Shown one piece after another: positions 9,138 to 18,936 of a stretch of 64,000 nucleotides of DNA. The DNA is from Candidatus Magasanikbacteria bacterium RIFOXYD2_FULL_41_14 (GTDB lineage Bacteria; Patescibacteriota; Patescibacteriia; Magasanikbacterales; GWA2-37-8), in NCBI GenBank assembly GCA_001784475.1, contig MFRE01000022.1, positions 44,234 to 108,233 on the forward strand. The letters run 5' to 3'. Numbering within the stretch: position 1 is the stretch's first letter; the number at the start of each line of letters is the position of its first letter. The notes beneath the pieces were generated by a model. The model had not been told where the DNA came from and did no database searches. It worked only from the letters and a program-made list of their open reading frames with translations. A program made the position numbers and the translations under genes.

Positions 9138-10923
9138 ATATGGATTGGCGGTTTTATTTTTTCTTTTATGTCCGGCCTCGGCGCGCGCGGCCAGTTTATA
9201 TTTATCGCCAGCATCCGGTTCGTACGCTTTAAATAGTAATATCGCGGTGAATGTTTACGTTAGTAGCGCCGACAAAGCGATGAACGCCGTTTCGGGCGTG
9301 TTGGATTTTCCGGCGGATAAATTACAGGTGACCTCCATATCTAAATCCGGTTCGGTAATTAATTTATGGGTGGCAGAGCCGTCTTTTTCCAATTCTGCCG
9401 GTACAGTTAATTTTGAGGGTGTTGCTTTAAACCCCGGATATACTGGTACTAGTGGTAAAATTATTACCATAAATTTTAAAGTTAAAGCCACTGGCGCGGG
9501 TTTGCTTAAGTTTTTATCTGGTTCGGTGTTAGCCAATGATGGTCAGGGGACAGAAATATTATCTGGCACCGGCAATGCGCAGTTTGACTTAGGACAAGGA
9601 AAACCAGTGCCGCCACCACCTGTGACCGTTGTTCCGGCTGGTAAACCAGCGGCTCCGACTGTAACTTCTCTCACTCACCCTGACCAGAATAAATGGTATG
9701 CTGTTAAAGATGCTAAGTTTACTTGGAATTTATCAAGTGATATCACTAAAGCACGATTATTAGTGGACAGCAAAGCGGATACAGCTCCCGCAGTAGTGTA
9801 TTCGCCGGCTGTATCTGAAAAAGAAATGCCGGATATTGATGATGGTGTTTGGTATTTTCATGTCCAGTTATATAATAGTCATGGTTGGGGCGGTATTACT
9901 AATTATCGTTTTCAAATTGATTCTGTCGTACCGACCGATTTTTCAGTGGTTGAAATTAAGCGTGTTGATTCAAGCGAACCGCGTGTTGTTTTTTCCCTAT
10001 CGGCAATTGACGTTGGTTCTGGTATTGATTTTTATGAAATTCGGATTGACAGTCAGGAAGCGATTGTTTGGAAAGATGATGGCACTCACCGATATGAAAC
10101 TCCGACCCTTGATCCTGGTAAACATATTTTAACAGTGCGTGTCTTTGATCGTGCTGGCAACGCCGCATTAGAGTCCGTTGATTTTGAGGTGGTACCATTA
10201 GATAAACCAGTTATTGAGAATTATCCGAACAGTCTGAGGACGGGCGAGCCGTTGGTAATAATTGGTAGGACATATTCCAATAGTCAAGTGACAGGTTATC
10301 TCCAACGCGGTGCGGCCGAACCAACCATTCTGACGATAGCAAGCGACGAAACGGGGCGGTTTATATTTGCGCCGAGCGAAGAATTACGTTCTGGCACTTA
10401 CTTGGTTTGGTTCCAAGTGGCTAAAGATAATGGAGCCCGCAGCGAAGTCACGAAAAAATTTGCTATTATTGTTTCCGAGCCAGCTATTTTACGTATCGGA
10501 TCATTGGCAATTAATGTTCTAGCCGTAATTATTCCTCTTTTTGCGCTTGTGCTATTACTTGTAGGCGTGATTTGGTTTGGATTTTATCGCTTCCGTATTG
10601 TCAGTCGTAATTTAAAAGCAAAGACAGCTGAAGCCAGTTTGGCGCGCAAAGCTTTTGAAGCATTGACTGTTCATTTGTCGGCTGAAATAAATATGTTTGA
10701 GCGCACGGCTTTAAAACGCAAATTAACCTTAGAAGAAGAAGATGTTTTGGCCCAAATGACGAAAGATTTGGCTGAGGCCAATAAAATTGTGGGCAAGAAA
10801 GCAATGGCACCAGTGCCTGGACGTTTTTCCATTCGTGAATCAGAGGTAGAAAAGGCAAAAATGGCGCCTTGCGCTCGTCGGGCGACAAAAATAGCCAAAA
10901 GTACCAAAAAACCGCTAATTTAA
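9121..10923 (+). CDS. large cohesin-like surface protein with Pro-rich linker, Ig/Fn-like repeats, C-terminal TM anchor and cytoplasmic tail
   Basis: 600 aa. N-terminal module SLYLSPASGSYALNSNIAVNVYVSS...NFKVKATGAG is similar to the previous ORF. PVPPPPVTVVP linker. TM helix LAINVLAVIIPLFALVLLLVGVIWFGF. Overlaps the upstream ORF by 17 nt. Confidence 0.45.
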   Translation: MRGGFKYGLAVLFFLLCPASARAASLYLSPASGSYALNSNIAVNVYVSSADKAMNAVSGVLDFPADKLQVTSISKSGSVINLWVAEPSFSNSAGTVNFEGVALNPGYTGTSGKIITINFKVKATGAGLLKFLSGSVLANDGQGTEILSGTGNAQFDLGQGKPVPPPPVTVVPAGKPAAPTVTSLTHPDQNKWYAVKDAKFTWNLSSDITKARLLVDSKADTAPAVVYSPAVSEKEMPDIDDGVWYFHVQLYNSHGWGGITNYRFQIDSVVPTDFSVVEIKRVDSSEPRVVFSLSAIDVGSGIDFYEIRIDSQEAIVWKDDGTHRYETPTLDPGKHILTVRVFDRAGNAALESVDFEVVPLDKPVIENYPNSLRTGEPLVIIGRTYSNSQVTGYLQRGAAEPTILTIASDETGRFIFAPSEELRSGTYLVWFQVAKDNGARSEVTKKFAIIVSEPAILRIGSLAINVLAVIIPLFALVLLLVGVIWFGFYRFRIVSRNLKAKTAEASLARKAFEALTVHLSAEINMFERTALKRKLTLEEEDVLAQMTKDLAEANKIVGKKAMAPVPGRFSIRESEVEKAKMAPCARRATKIAKSTKKPLI

Positions 10924-10932
10924 CATAAGCTC

Positions 10933-10970
10933 AATCTGTCAATACCCCTAGTATTGACAGATTTTGTTTT
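10933..10970 (+). terminator. rho-independent terminator (13-bp perfect stem AATCTGTCAATAC/GTATTGACAGATT plus T-tract)
   Basis: Read directly. Follows the stop of the 9121-10923 gene. Confidence 0.6.
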
Positions 10971-10981
10971 TGTGCTATAAT
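10954..10981 (+). promoter_or_regulatory. consensus sigma70 promoter TTGACA-16-TATAAT overlapping the terminator 3' arm
   Basis: -35 at 10954-10959, -10 at 10976-10981. Confidence 0.5.
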
Positions 10982-11126
10982 TAACACATTAATTAAGCCC
11001 GCCTCAATGGCGGACACTCGGCTCTGCCTTATCGGCGGACGGGATAAGAGCGTTTTTTTTGTTTATTTGGAGCAAAGCTAACATTAGCGCGCTCTAAATT
11101 TTCAGATTAAGCGTTTATAAAATTTT

Positions 11127-12347
11127 ATGTTGAGCGACAAAGTCAGCAAGCAAGATTTTAAAAGTATTTTGCAAGACCACCCGATTAATGTTCCCAAAGT
11201 AGGAGATATTGTTACGGGTAAAGTTTTGTCCGTGGACAAGGGCGAGGTTAGAATTGATGTGGAAGGCGTTACTACTGGTATTGTACGTGGTCGCGAATTA
11301 TTCGCGGAATCACGTGAACACGCCAACTTAAAAACAGGCGATGAAGTAGAGGCGACGGTGATGGAAATGGAAAATGAAAATGGCGATATGGAACTTTCTT
11401 TCCGTGTGGCCGGATATCAGCGTGCCTGGGATAATTTGCGCAAGTGGGCTAAGGATTGCCTTACTATTAAAGCTAAAGTTACTGGCGCGAATAAAGGCGG
11501 GCTTATCATGCAGGTGGAGGCTATGCCTGGTTTTATGCCAGTGTCACAACTTGACCCGGAACATTATCCGCGCGTTACTGGCGGTGACAAATCTCGTATT
11601 TTAGAAAAATTACAAGAATTAATCGGCAAGGATTTAGAAGTTAAAGTGATTGATGCCGATGAAAAAGAGGAAAAATTAATTGTTTCCGAACGCGCTGTTT
11701 GGGAAGATGCACAAAAAGCGGTTTTGGAATCATACAAAATTGGCGATATTGTTAATGGCGAAGTGAGTGCGCTTACTTCATTTGGAGCATTTTTGAAATT
11801 TGGCGAAGGTTTGGAAGGTTTGGTTCATATTTCTGAAATCGCTTGGCAGAGAATTGAACATCCACGTGATTTGTTAAAAGTGGGTGATCATGTGAAAGCT
11901 CAGATAATTCAATTAGATAAGTCCAAGATATATCTGTCCTTGAAACGCTTGGTAAGCGATCCGTGGAAACAGGTCGGAGAAAAGTATAAAATTAACGATA
12001 AGGTTAAAGGTAAGATTATCAAAATTGAACCGTTTGGTTTAATGGTGGCGCTCGACGAAGATATTCACGGTTTGGCCCATGTTTCGGAATTATCCGATCA
12101 GCCAGTGGGTAATATTACCGAGAAGTTTAAGATCGGCCAAGAAGTGGAGTTTGAAATTATGAACATTGAAGCGATTGAGCACCGATTGGGCTTGCGTCTC
12201 GCTGGTGTTGCTGGTAAAGCGCCGAAAGCACCAAAGGTAAAGAAATCCGAAAAGGCCAAAGCAAAAGAAGATGAAAAGGATGGAGACAATGTGTTGGCTG
12301 ACGGCGAAGAAAAAGAAGAAAAAAAAGCAGACAAAAAAGCCGAGTGA
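11127..12347 (+). CDS. rpsA: 30S ribosomal protein S1 (short form with Lys-rich C-terminal tail)
   Basis: 406 aa with repeated S1-domain-like units (GDIVTGKV..., GDIVNGEVSALTSFGAFLKF..., GDHVKAQII...). Confidence 0.8.
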   Translation: MLSDKVSKQDFKSILQDHPINVPKVGDIVTGKVLSVDKGEVRIDVEGVTTGIVRGRELFAESREHANLKTGDEVEATVMEMENENGDMELSFRVAGYQRAWDNLRKWAKDCLTIKAKVTGANKGGLIMQVEAMPGFMPVSQLDPEHYPRVTGGDKSRILEKLQELIGKDLEVKVIDADEKEEKLIVSERAVWEDAQKAVLESYKIGDIVNGEVSALTSFGAFLKFGEGLEGLVHISEIAWQRIEHPRDLLKVGDHVKAQIIQLDKSKIYLSLKRLVSDPWKQVGEKYKINDKVKGKIIKIEPFGLMVALDEDIHGLAHVSELSDQPVGNITEKFKIGQEVEFEIMNIEAIEHRLGLRLAGVAGKAPKAPKVKKSEKAKAKEDEKDGDNVLADGEEKEEKKADKKAE

Positions 12348-12491
12348 TATAAAGATCGCGTTGCTAAATACCCCCGAATCAATCGGGGGTATTTAATTGG
12401 CATAAATTGACAAAATCATGTTTTTAGTGTAGGATTTGTTAATAGAGATATAGAAATTAATCTTAAATTATTACTATTCAATATTTCAATT

Positions 12492-14324
12492 ATGCGTAAT
12501 TTTTTCAAGAATTTTTTAATGATTTTTTTGGTTCTGGTCTTAGTAGCCGGAGTTTTGTCTATGACTCAAAATGGGACCAGTAAAAAATCAGAGGAAATAG
12601 ATACTGCAAAACTGGCCCAAGAAATTAACGCCGGACAAGTTAAAAAAGTGACTGTTGCCGGTGATTCGTTGACAGTAGAGCTGCAGGATACCGACGCCCC
12701 TAAACAAACCCTTAAAAAAGAACCAACCGAATCGTTTGGTGAACTTATGAAAAATTATGGTGTTACCGACGAGGCACGCCAGAGTTTAGCGGTGGAAATA
12801 AAAGATGAAAGTGGTTGGAAATTTTGGATGATGAATTTATTGCCAATAATTTTGCCTCTTGTTATCATCATCGGGTTTTTGTATTTTATGACCAGAAGCG
12901 CGCAGGGTATGAACAATAAAGCAATGGGCTTTGGGCAAAGCAATCCGCGTCAAGCTGATAGCCAAGATAAAGATAAAAAAACTTTCAAAGATGTGGCCGG
13001 AGCGGTTGAAGCCAAAGAGGAATTATCTGAAGTTGTTGATTTTTTGAAAGATCCGAAAAAGTTTTCAGTAATGGGGGCAAAAATTCCCAAAGGTGTACTG
13101 CTCATGGGCAATCCAGGTGTGGGTAAAACTCTTTTTGCCAAAGCGGTGGCCGGAGAAGCGGGTGTGCCATTTTTTCACATGTCGGGTTCGGAGTTTGTGG
13201 AAATGTTTGTGGGTGTGGGTGCATCACGCGTGCGTGATTTGTTTGCTAAGGCTAAAAAGGCTGCTCCGGCGATTGTGTTTATTGATGAAATTGATGCGGT
13301 CGGCCGCCGACGTGGTGCCGGTTTAGGTGGAGGGCATGATGAGCGCGAGCAAACTCTAAATCAAATATTAGTTGAAATGGATGGCTTTGAGCCAAATTTG
13401 GGTGTAATTGTAATCGCAGCCACTAACCGCCATGATGTTTTGGATCCGGCCTTGCTCCGCCCCGGTCGTTTTGACCGGCGTGTTACGATTGATTTACCGG
13501 ACATCCGCGATCGCGAAGAAATTTTAAAAATTCACGCGGCTAATAAGCCATTGTCTAAAGAGGTATCGCTTAATCGGTTGGCACAGCGCACGCCTGGTTT
13601 TTCTGGAGCGGATTTGGCCAATCTTTTGAACGAAGCAGCGATTTTGGCAGTGCGACGCAATAAAAAAATCATTGATGAAATTGAAGTGTTAGAATCAGTA
13701 GAAAAGGTATTGCTTGGGCCAGAACGCAGAAGCCGAATAATTTCGGATAAAGACAAAACCATGACCGCCTATCACGAAGCCGGTCATGCTGTTGTGGGGT
13801 ATTTTATGCCTAACTGCGATCCCGTGCGTAAAGTATCTATTATCTCTCGTGGTTCAGCCGGTGGTTATACTTTAAAAATGCCTAGTGAAGACAAGCATTA
13901 TCATACCCTCACCCAGTTTAAAGATGAGATGGCAATGATGATGGGTGGTTATGTAGCCGAGAAAATGATTTACGGCAATGATGAGATTTCCACTGGTCCA
14001 TCGTCTGATTTGCGTAATGCTACCAGTTTAGCTCGTGAGATGGTGACGGCTTATGGTATGAGCGACAAATTAGGTCCGCGTACTTTTGGCAAAAGTGACG
14101 ACATGATATTTTTGGGGCGCGAAATTCACGAACAAGTTGACTATAGTGATAAAACCGCGGAAATGATTGATGCTGAAGTGTTGCATTTGATAAATGAAGC
14201 TCGCGAACGAGCGGAAAAAATGTTGGCGGCCAAACGTCCAGAAATGGAAAAATTAGTAGCCGCGCTTTTGGAGAAGGAAACTATTGAACAGGAAGAAATT
14301 GTGGTGGTATTGGGAGAGAAATAA
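12492..14324 (+). CDS. ftsH: ATP-dependent zinc metalloprotease FtsH
   Basis: N-terminal TM, Walker A GNPGVGKT, second region of homology, HEAGHA zinc motif. 610 aa. Confidence 0.95.
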   Translation: MRNFFKNFLMIFLVLVLVAGVLSMTQNGTSKKSEEIDTAKLAQEINAGQVKKVTVAGDSLTVELQDTDAPKQTLKKEPTESFGELMKNYGVTDEARQSLAVEIKDESGWKFWMMNLLPIILPLVIIIGFLYFMTRSAQGMNNKAMGFGQSNPRQADSQDKDKKTFKDVAGAVEAKEELSEVVDFLKDPKKFSVMGAKIPKGVLLMGNPGVGKTLFAKAVAGEAGVPFFHMSGSEFVEMFVGVGASRVRDLFAKAKKAAPAIVFIDEIDAVGRRRGAGLGGGHDEREQTLNQILVEMDGFEPNLGVIVIAATNRHDVLDPALLRPGRFDRRVTIDLPDIRDREEILKIHAANKPLSKEVSLNRLAQRTPGFSGADLANLLNEAAILAVRRNKKIIDEIEVLESVEKVLLGPERRSRIISDKDKTMTAYHEAGHAVVGYFMPNCDPVRKVSIISRGSAGGYTLKMPSEDKHYHTLTQFKDEMAMMMGGYVAEKMIYGNDEISTGPSSDLRNATSLAREMVTAYGMSDKLGPRTFGKSDDMIFLGREIHEQVDYSDKTAEMIDAEVLHLINEARERAEKMLAAKRPEMEKLVAALLEKETIEQEEIVVVLGEK

Positions 14325-14369
14325 TTTTAGATTTTAGATGTAAGATTTTAGATATAGCGAATTGGAACA

Positions 14370-14400
14370 AACCGTTCGGTGATTGCCGGACGGTTTTTTT
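14370..14400 (+). terminator. rho-independent terminator after ftsH (CCGTTCGG...CCGGACGG hairpin plus T7)
   Basis: Read directly. Confidence 0.55.
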
Positions 14401-14591
14401 ATTAAAATTTTAGCATATGCTATAGCATAGTCTAAATCAAGTAAATAATTAGCGCCTGGTAGCGTTTTTTCTGGCCCAAGTGTTGCAGTGTTTGTTTGTT
14501 TAATTGTTGCATTATCACCGCTTGGCCTATTTTTTCAAAATATGGTATAATACCAATTAACTAATCAACTATTAAACTAATCAACATCACT

Positions 14592-15560
14592 ATGCGCGAA
14601 CCAAATTATCGTCAAGCCTTTCTGCATTCTTGGCAGATTGTGGCAGAGCACAAAATTTTGTGGGTTTTTGGTTTACTATCCGCCTGTTTGGGTCAGTGGG
14701 GGCTAGGGCATTTTTTAGGTGGGCTTAATTTAGCTAGTGTAAATAGTTTAGCATCAGATGGAGACATGCTGTCATTTTGGCACGCAGTTTTGGGTGCCGG
14801 ACATGTCAGTGGAATGTCGGCCATATTTGTCGCTTGGCTTATACTTATTGTGGTCGCTTTAGTAGTTTTATTTATTTTTGTGGCAGTTGTTTCCCGTGGG
14901 GCACTCATTGCGGCTGTAGGCCATTGGTTTGCCAAAGATGGCAAAGTGCCGACCACTCTTGCTTGGCGCTATGGTGTAAAGAATTTTTGGGAGATTTTCT
15001 TTTTGACTATTTTAGCACGCGCATTTGAAGCGGCGCTGTTACTTTTGGCAATACCAGTATTTGTGTATCATACCGGCACGACCGCTGGTGCATTTGTGCA
15101 AGCGCTCTACGGCGCTGTTACTTTGGCTGTCGGCTTGATTGTGGAAGTGTTAACAATCTTTGCTTCCGGGTATGTTGTGATTGACGGAGCAAGCGTGCCA
15201 ACGGCGATTTCGCGTGCTTGGCGACTGCTTGCCCGCCATGTTTTGATAGTACTAGAATTGGGAATATTATTAGTTGTTATTAATTGTTTATTGGTAATTG
15301 GCGTTTTACTATCTTCTTTTGTCGTGTTTATTCCGGCAATTTTAATTTGGTTAGTCGCGGTTGTCACTGGTTGGAACGCCTTGATTGGAGCCGGCGTCAC
15401 TTTGGCGATAATCTTATTTATAATAATTCTCGTTTTATCAGCCGGCATATTTAATGCGTTTAACACCAGCGCTTGGATGTATTTATTTATTAAAATGCAT
15501 CGCGAAAATTATGTGGGCTGGTTACTCAATAGAATAAAAAGTTTGTTTGTAAGAAAATAA
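14592..15560 (+). CDS. polytopic integral membrane protein (about 7 TM), unknown function
   Basis: 322 aa, repeated long hydrophobic stretches. Preceded by an extended -10 TGGTATAAT at about 14548. Confidence 0.5.
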   Translation: MREPNYRQAFLHSWQIVAEHKILWVFGLLSACLGQWGLGHFLGGLNLASVNSLASDGDMLSFWHAVLGAGHVSGMSAIFVAWLILIVVALVVLFIFVAVVSRGALIAAVGHWFAKDGKVPTTLAWRYGVKNFWEIFFLTILARAFEAALLLLAIPVFVYHTGTTAGAFVQALYGAVTLAVGLIVEVLTIFASGYVVIDGASVPTAISRAWRLLARHVLIVLELGILLVVINCLLVIGVLLSSFVVFIPAILIWLVAVVTGWNALIGAGVTLAIILFIIILVLSAGIFNAFNTSAWMYLFIKMHRENYVGWLLNRIKSLFVRK

Positions 15561-15565
15561 TTGCC

Positions 15566-17284
15566 ATGCCATTTCCTTCTATTAATGATTTGCTTAAAAA
15601 AGATGACGTCCCAAAAGCGCCCGATGTTGAGATTGATTGGAATAACCCGGTTTCCAAGTTTAATAAAGGAATAAAAGACATTGATATTCGCGCGAAGGAG
15701 AAAGAAACCAAGCAGATTGCCACAGCATCGGGTATGCCTTATATTAATTTGGATGAGACCCCAATCTCTTCCGAAGCTTTAAAGATTGTTTCAGAGTCAG
15801 TGGCACGTGAAAAGAAATTGGCCTGTTTTTATTTTTCCGCTTCTGAATTGCGTCTGGCTTCCACCAAACCTTTGCCGGCCGATGATGATTTTGTTTATCA
15901 ACTGGGTGAGCGCCATCATTGCAAGGTGGCAACATATCTGGTTTCGGAGCATGGTTTTGAACGAGTATTAAGATTATATTCCACTTTACCGATCGTGTTG
16001 CCTGTCACCAAAGACATTAACATCACCGACGAAGAATTGGCAAAGTTTAGCGCGGAAATAAGTACCATTGCTAGTTTGGCCGAGCATTTTAAAATTGTTT
16101 CCATTACTGATATTTTGTCGCTCATGATTGCGGCGGCTTTACGTTTAAATGCTTCGGATATTCATGTTGAAGCGGAAGAGAACACAATTAAGGTGCGCTA
16201 TCGGGTTGATGGTGTTTTGCACGAGGTGGCGCAATTACCGCGTGAACAATGGGCTAGATTTATTTCGCGTATTAAATTATTGGCCGGTTTAAAAATTAAT
16301 GTTGTTAATAAGCCACAAGACGGTCGGGTGTCATTAAAATTATCACATGAAAGTTTGGATGTGCGTGTATCTACTTTGCCAACCACTTATGGCGAGAGTG
16401 CGGTTTTGAGAATTTTATTTAGTGGCAATAAGGGGGTTAGTTTTGATGATTTAGGAATTCGGGGCGAGGCCTATGTTCGCCTAAAGCGTGAGATGGAGAG
16501 GCCTAACGGCATGATTATCACTACCGGTCCGACTGGCTCTGGCAAAACAACGACTTTGTACGCTATTTTACGTTCTTTAAATAAACCGGGGGTAAACATT
16601 GTCACCATGGAAGATCCGGTAGAAATTAAAATGGAGGGCATAAACCAAAGCCAGGTAGATGTGGAACATGGCTATACTTTTGCCAAGGGCCTGCGCAGTA
16701 TCTTGCGTCAGGATCCGGATATTTGTATGGTCGGCGAAATTCGTGATTTAGAATCAGCGGAAATTGCGGTGCAGGCAGCGCTCACCGGACATTTGATGTT
16801 ATCAACCGTGCATACCAATAGCGCTGCTGGCACGGTACCGCGCTTATTGTCTATGGGGGTGAAGCCATTTTTGTTGGCGCCGGCTTTAAATGCCGTGATG
16901 GGGCAACGTTTGGTGCGTCGCATTTGTGAACATTGCGTGGTAGAAGAGGAGTTGAGCTCGGAAATATTAGAACGAGTCGGGAAAATAATTAACAGTTTGC
17001 CGTCAGACGCGAAGGCCTCTATTAAAGATCGTCCTCTTACTTTTTATAAAGGCAAAGGATGTGCGAAGTGTAGTGGTTTGGGCTATAAGGGTCGGGTTGG
17101 TATTTATGAGTTGTTTACCATGAATAAAGAAATTGAAAGTGTGATTTTGGCGGATAACGCTTCGGAATATACTATTGCTGAAATGGCTGTTAAAGATGGC
17201 ATGATTACAATGGCCCAGGATGGAATTTTGAAAGCAATGGATAAAATTACTACTATTGAAGAAGTATTTAGAGTGTCGGAGTAG
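15566..17284 (+). CDS. pilB: GspE/PilB-family secretion ATPase (type IV pilus/type II secretion assembly ATPase) with N-terminal GspE_N domain
   Basis: 572 aa. Walker A GPTGSGKTTT, Asp box, Walker B DPDICMVGEIRD, His box, C-terminal tetracysteine CEHC...CAKC. Confidence 0.85.
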   Translation: MPFPSINDLLKKDDVPKAPDVEIDWNNPVSKFNKGIKDIDIRAKEKETKQIATASGMPYINLDETPISSEALKIVSESVAREKKLACFYFSASELRLASTKPLPADDDFVYQLGERHHCKVATYLVSEHGFERVLRLYSTLPIVLPVTKDINITDEELAKFSAEISTIASLAEHFKIVSITDILSLMIAAALRLNASDIHVEAEENTIKVRYRVDGVLHEVAQLPREQWARFISRIKLLAGLKINVVNKPQDGRVSLKLSHESLDVRVSTLPTTYGESAVLRILFSGNKGVSFDDLGIRGEAYVRLKREMERPNGMIITTGPTGSGKTTTLYAILRSLNKPGVNIVTMEDPVEIKMEGINQSQVDVEHGYTFAKGLRSILRQDPDICMVGEIRDLESAEIAVQAALTGHLMLSTVHTNSAAGTVPRLLSMGVKPFLLAPALNAVMGQRLVRRICEHCVVEEELSSEILERVGKIINSLPSDAKASIKDRPLTFYKGKGCAKCSGLGYKGRVGIYELFTMNKEIESVILADNASEYTIAEMAVKDGMITMAQDGILKAMDKITTIEEVFRVSE

Positions 17285-17415
17285 TTTTATTTAAAGGTAA
17301 CAGAAAAGCAATCGTTTTGGCGAAATACTGTTGTTAGCGGAAGATTGAAGATTAAAGATTGGAGATTTACTTAGGTAGTCTTCGCTCTTAATTCTTTAAT
17401 TACTTACAAAAATAT

Positions 17416-18558
17416 ATGATTGTACGCCACAGTGAAACTAACGCTCCTTTTGAGCCATCGGTGCGTTTTTACCGCACTATTGCCTTGTCATTTTTGGCAG
17501 TTACCATTATTCTTTTAGGAACAATTATTTTTGTTACCTCTAAAAAAGCGACTCTAATAATCACCGCTAAAGAAGATGTAAAAAGCGCAAACTTGAGTGT
17601 GGGACTGGGCAAGGATAAAACCGATGATGCGGTGCGCGGTATTGTTACCTCCACCGTCTTTAGTTGGACGGAGAAATTTTTTCCTACTACTTATAAATCC
17701 GAAGACAGTGTCGCCGTCGGTTCACTTGTGATTTATAACAAAAGTAATGCCAGCCAGCCCCTAGTAAAAACCACACGCTTTTTAACACCAAACAATATCA
17801 TGTTTCGCTTAACCGACGACGTAGTTGTACCGGCGAATGGTCAAATTACCGCTGAAGTTTACGCAGATCAAATTGGCGCAAATAGCGAAATTGGGCCTAG
17901 CCAGTTTGTTATTCCTGGTTTATCTGCCGACAGACAAAAATTTGTTTATGCCGAAAGTGCGGAAAATATGAAAGGCGGTAGCAATAAGGTGGGTGTTTTG
18001 ACCGACTCTGATTTACAATCCGCTCGAACTATTTATATTGAAAAGTTAAAGCAAAATTTAATAAAGCAGTTACCCCCTTATCAGGATGGCTTTGAAGCAG
18101 TGGTGTCGGTAGTAAGTCAGCAAGTTGATGCCGATTATGCCGTGGGGGATTCAGTAGCCGAGTTTAATTTGTCTGGTTCCAATACGGCGGTAGTGGCGTG
18201 GTACAAAAGTGATGATTTAAAATCAATGATTGCTAAAGAAATTAACAGTAAGGTTGACGTCAGTTTGGAAAAAGTGGTGGCAGTAATCGGAGATCCGCTT
18301 GTCACTTTGACGTCATATGATTTGGCAAAAAATACCGCTCAATTAGCAGTTAGCCAAGAAGCTAAAGTAACCTTGGCAGTGGATGCTGATAAATTGTCAC
18401 CCGGGCGTTTTTTGGGACAGACCAAAGAAGAAATTGAACGCTATGTGCTTGGTTTAGAGCATGTATCAGCGGTAGATGTTAGTTTTTCGCCGTCCTGGGC
18501 CAGAAAATCGCCTACTTCAGTTGATCGTATTAAGGTGGTTGTAAAAAGTATAAAATAA
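17416..18558 (+). CDS. bitopic membrane protein (N-terminal TM, large extracytoplasmic domain), unknown function
   Basis: 380 aa. TM helix IALSFLAVTIILLGTIIFV. Confidence 0.45.
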   Translation: MIVRHSETNAPFEPSVRFYRTIALSFLAVTIILLGTIIFVTSKKATLIITAKEDVKSANLSVGLGKDKTDDAVRGIVTSTVFSWTEKFFPTTYKSEDSVAVGSLVIYNKSNASQPLVKTTRFLTPNNIMFRLTDDVVVPANGQITAEVYADQIGANSEIGPSQFVIPGLSADRQKFVYAESAENMKGGSNKVGVLTDSDLQSARTIYIEKLKQNLIKQLPPYQDGFEAVVSVVSQQVDADYAVGDSVAEFNLSGSNTAVVAWYKSDDLKSMIAKEINSKVDVSLEKVVAVIGDPLVTLTSYDLAKNTAQLAVSQEAKVTLAVDADKLSPGRFLGQTKEEIERYVLGLEHVSAVDVSFSPSWARKSPTSVDRIKVVVKSIK

Positions 18559-18562
18559 TTAT

Positions 18563-18587
18563 TGTCATCCCGACGAAGGTCGGGATC
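18563..18587. repeat. half-copy of the GTCATCCCGA-family element (GTCATCCCGACGAAGGTCGGGATC)
   Basis: Read directly. Confidence 0.45.
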
Positions 18588-18644
18588 TCTGTCCGGTCGG
18601 TTGTTCTGATTTGACAAAAAAATCAGATAATATATAATGTATAC

Positions 18645-18867
18645 ATGGCGATTGAAACGGTTACCAACCGTTTATCCGCAAGGATCCCGATTTAGTCGGG
18701 GCTAAGCCAAATAAAAGTTAAACATTCGGGTGGAACCGTCCTTCGTTCCGACTTGGTCGGAACTACGGCCGGCAAGCCGTCTAGTGCTGTGAAAAGCATT
18801 AACGTTTTTGCCAAATTATTTTGAAGGACCCCGATACCTTTTTTGAGGTATTGGGGTATTTTTTTTA
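18645..18867 (+). ncRNA. candidate small RNA (~220 nt) between a consensus promoter and a strong intrinsic terminator
   Basis: Promoter TTGACA (18611-18616)-16-TATAAT (18633-18638). Several perfect 8-bp hairpins inside (AAACGGTT..AACCGTTT, GTTCCGAC..GTCGGAAC). Terminator ACCCCGATACC...GGTATTGGGGT plus T9 at 18827-18867. No convincing ORF. Confidence 0.3.
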
Positions 18868-18890
18868 AATTACACTTATCGGCAGTAGGC

Positions 18891-18914
18891 ACGTCCGTAC
18901 ACGTGTACGGACAT
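18891..18914. repeat. palindromic repeat copy 1 (ACGTCCGTACACGTGTACGGACAT)
   Basis: One of three copies of the 20-28 bp palindrome with a CACGTG core. Confidence 0.6.
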
Positions 18915-18936
18915 AAATAAGTATTTAAATCATGAT

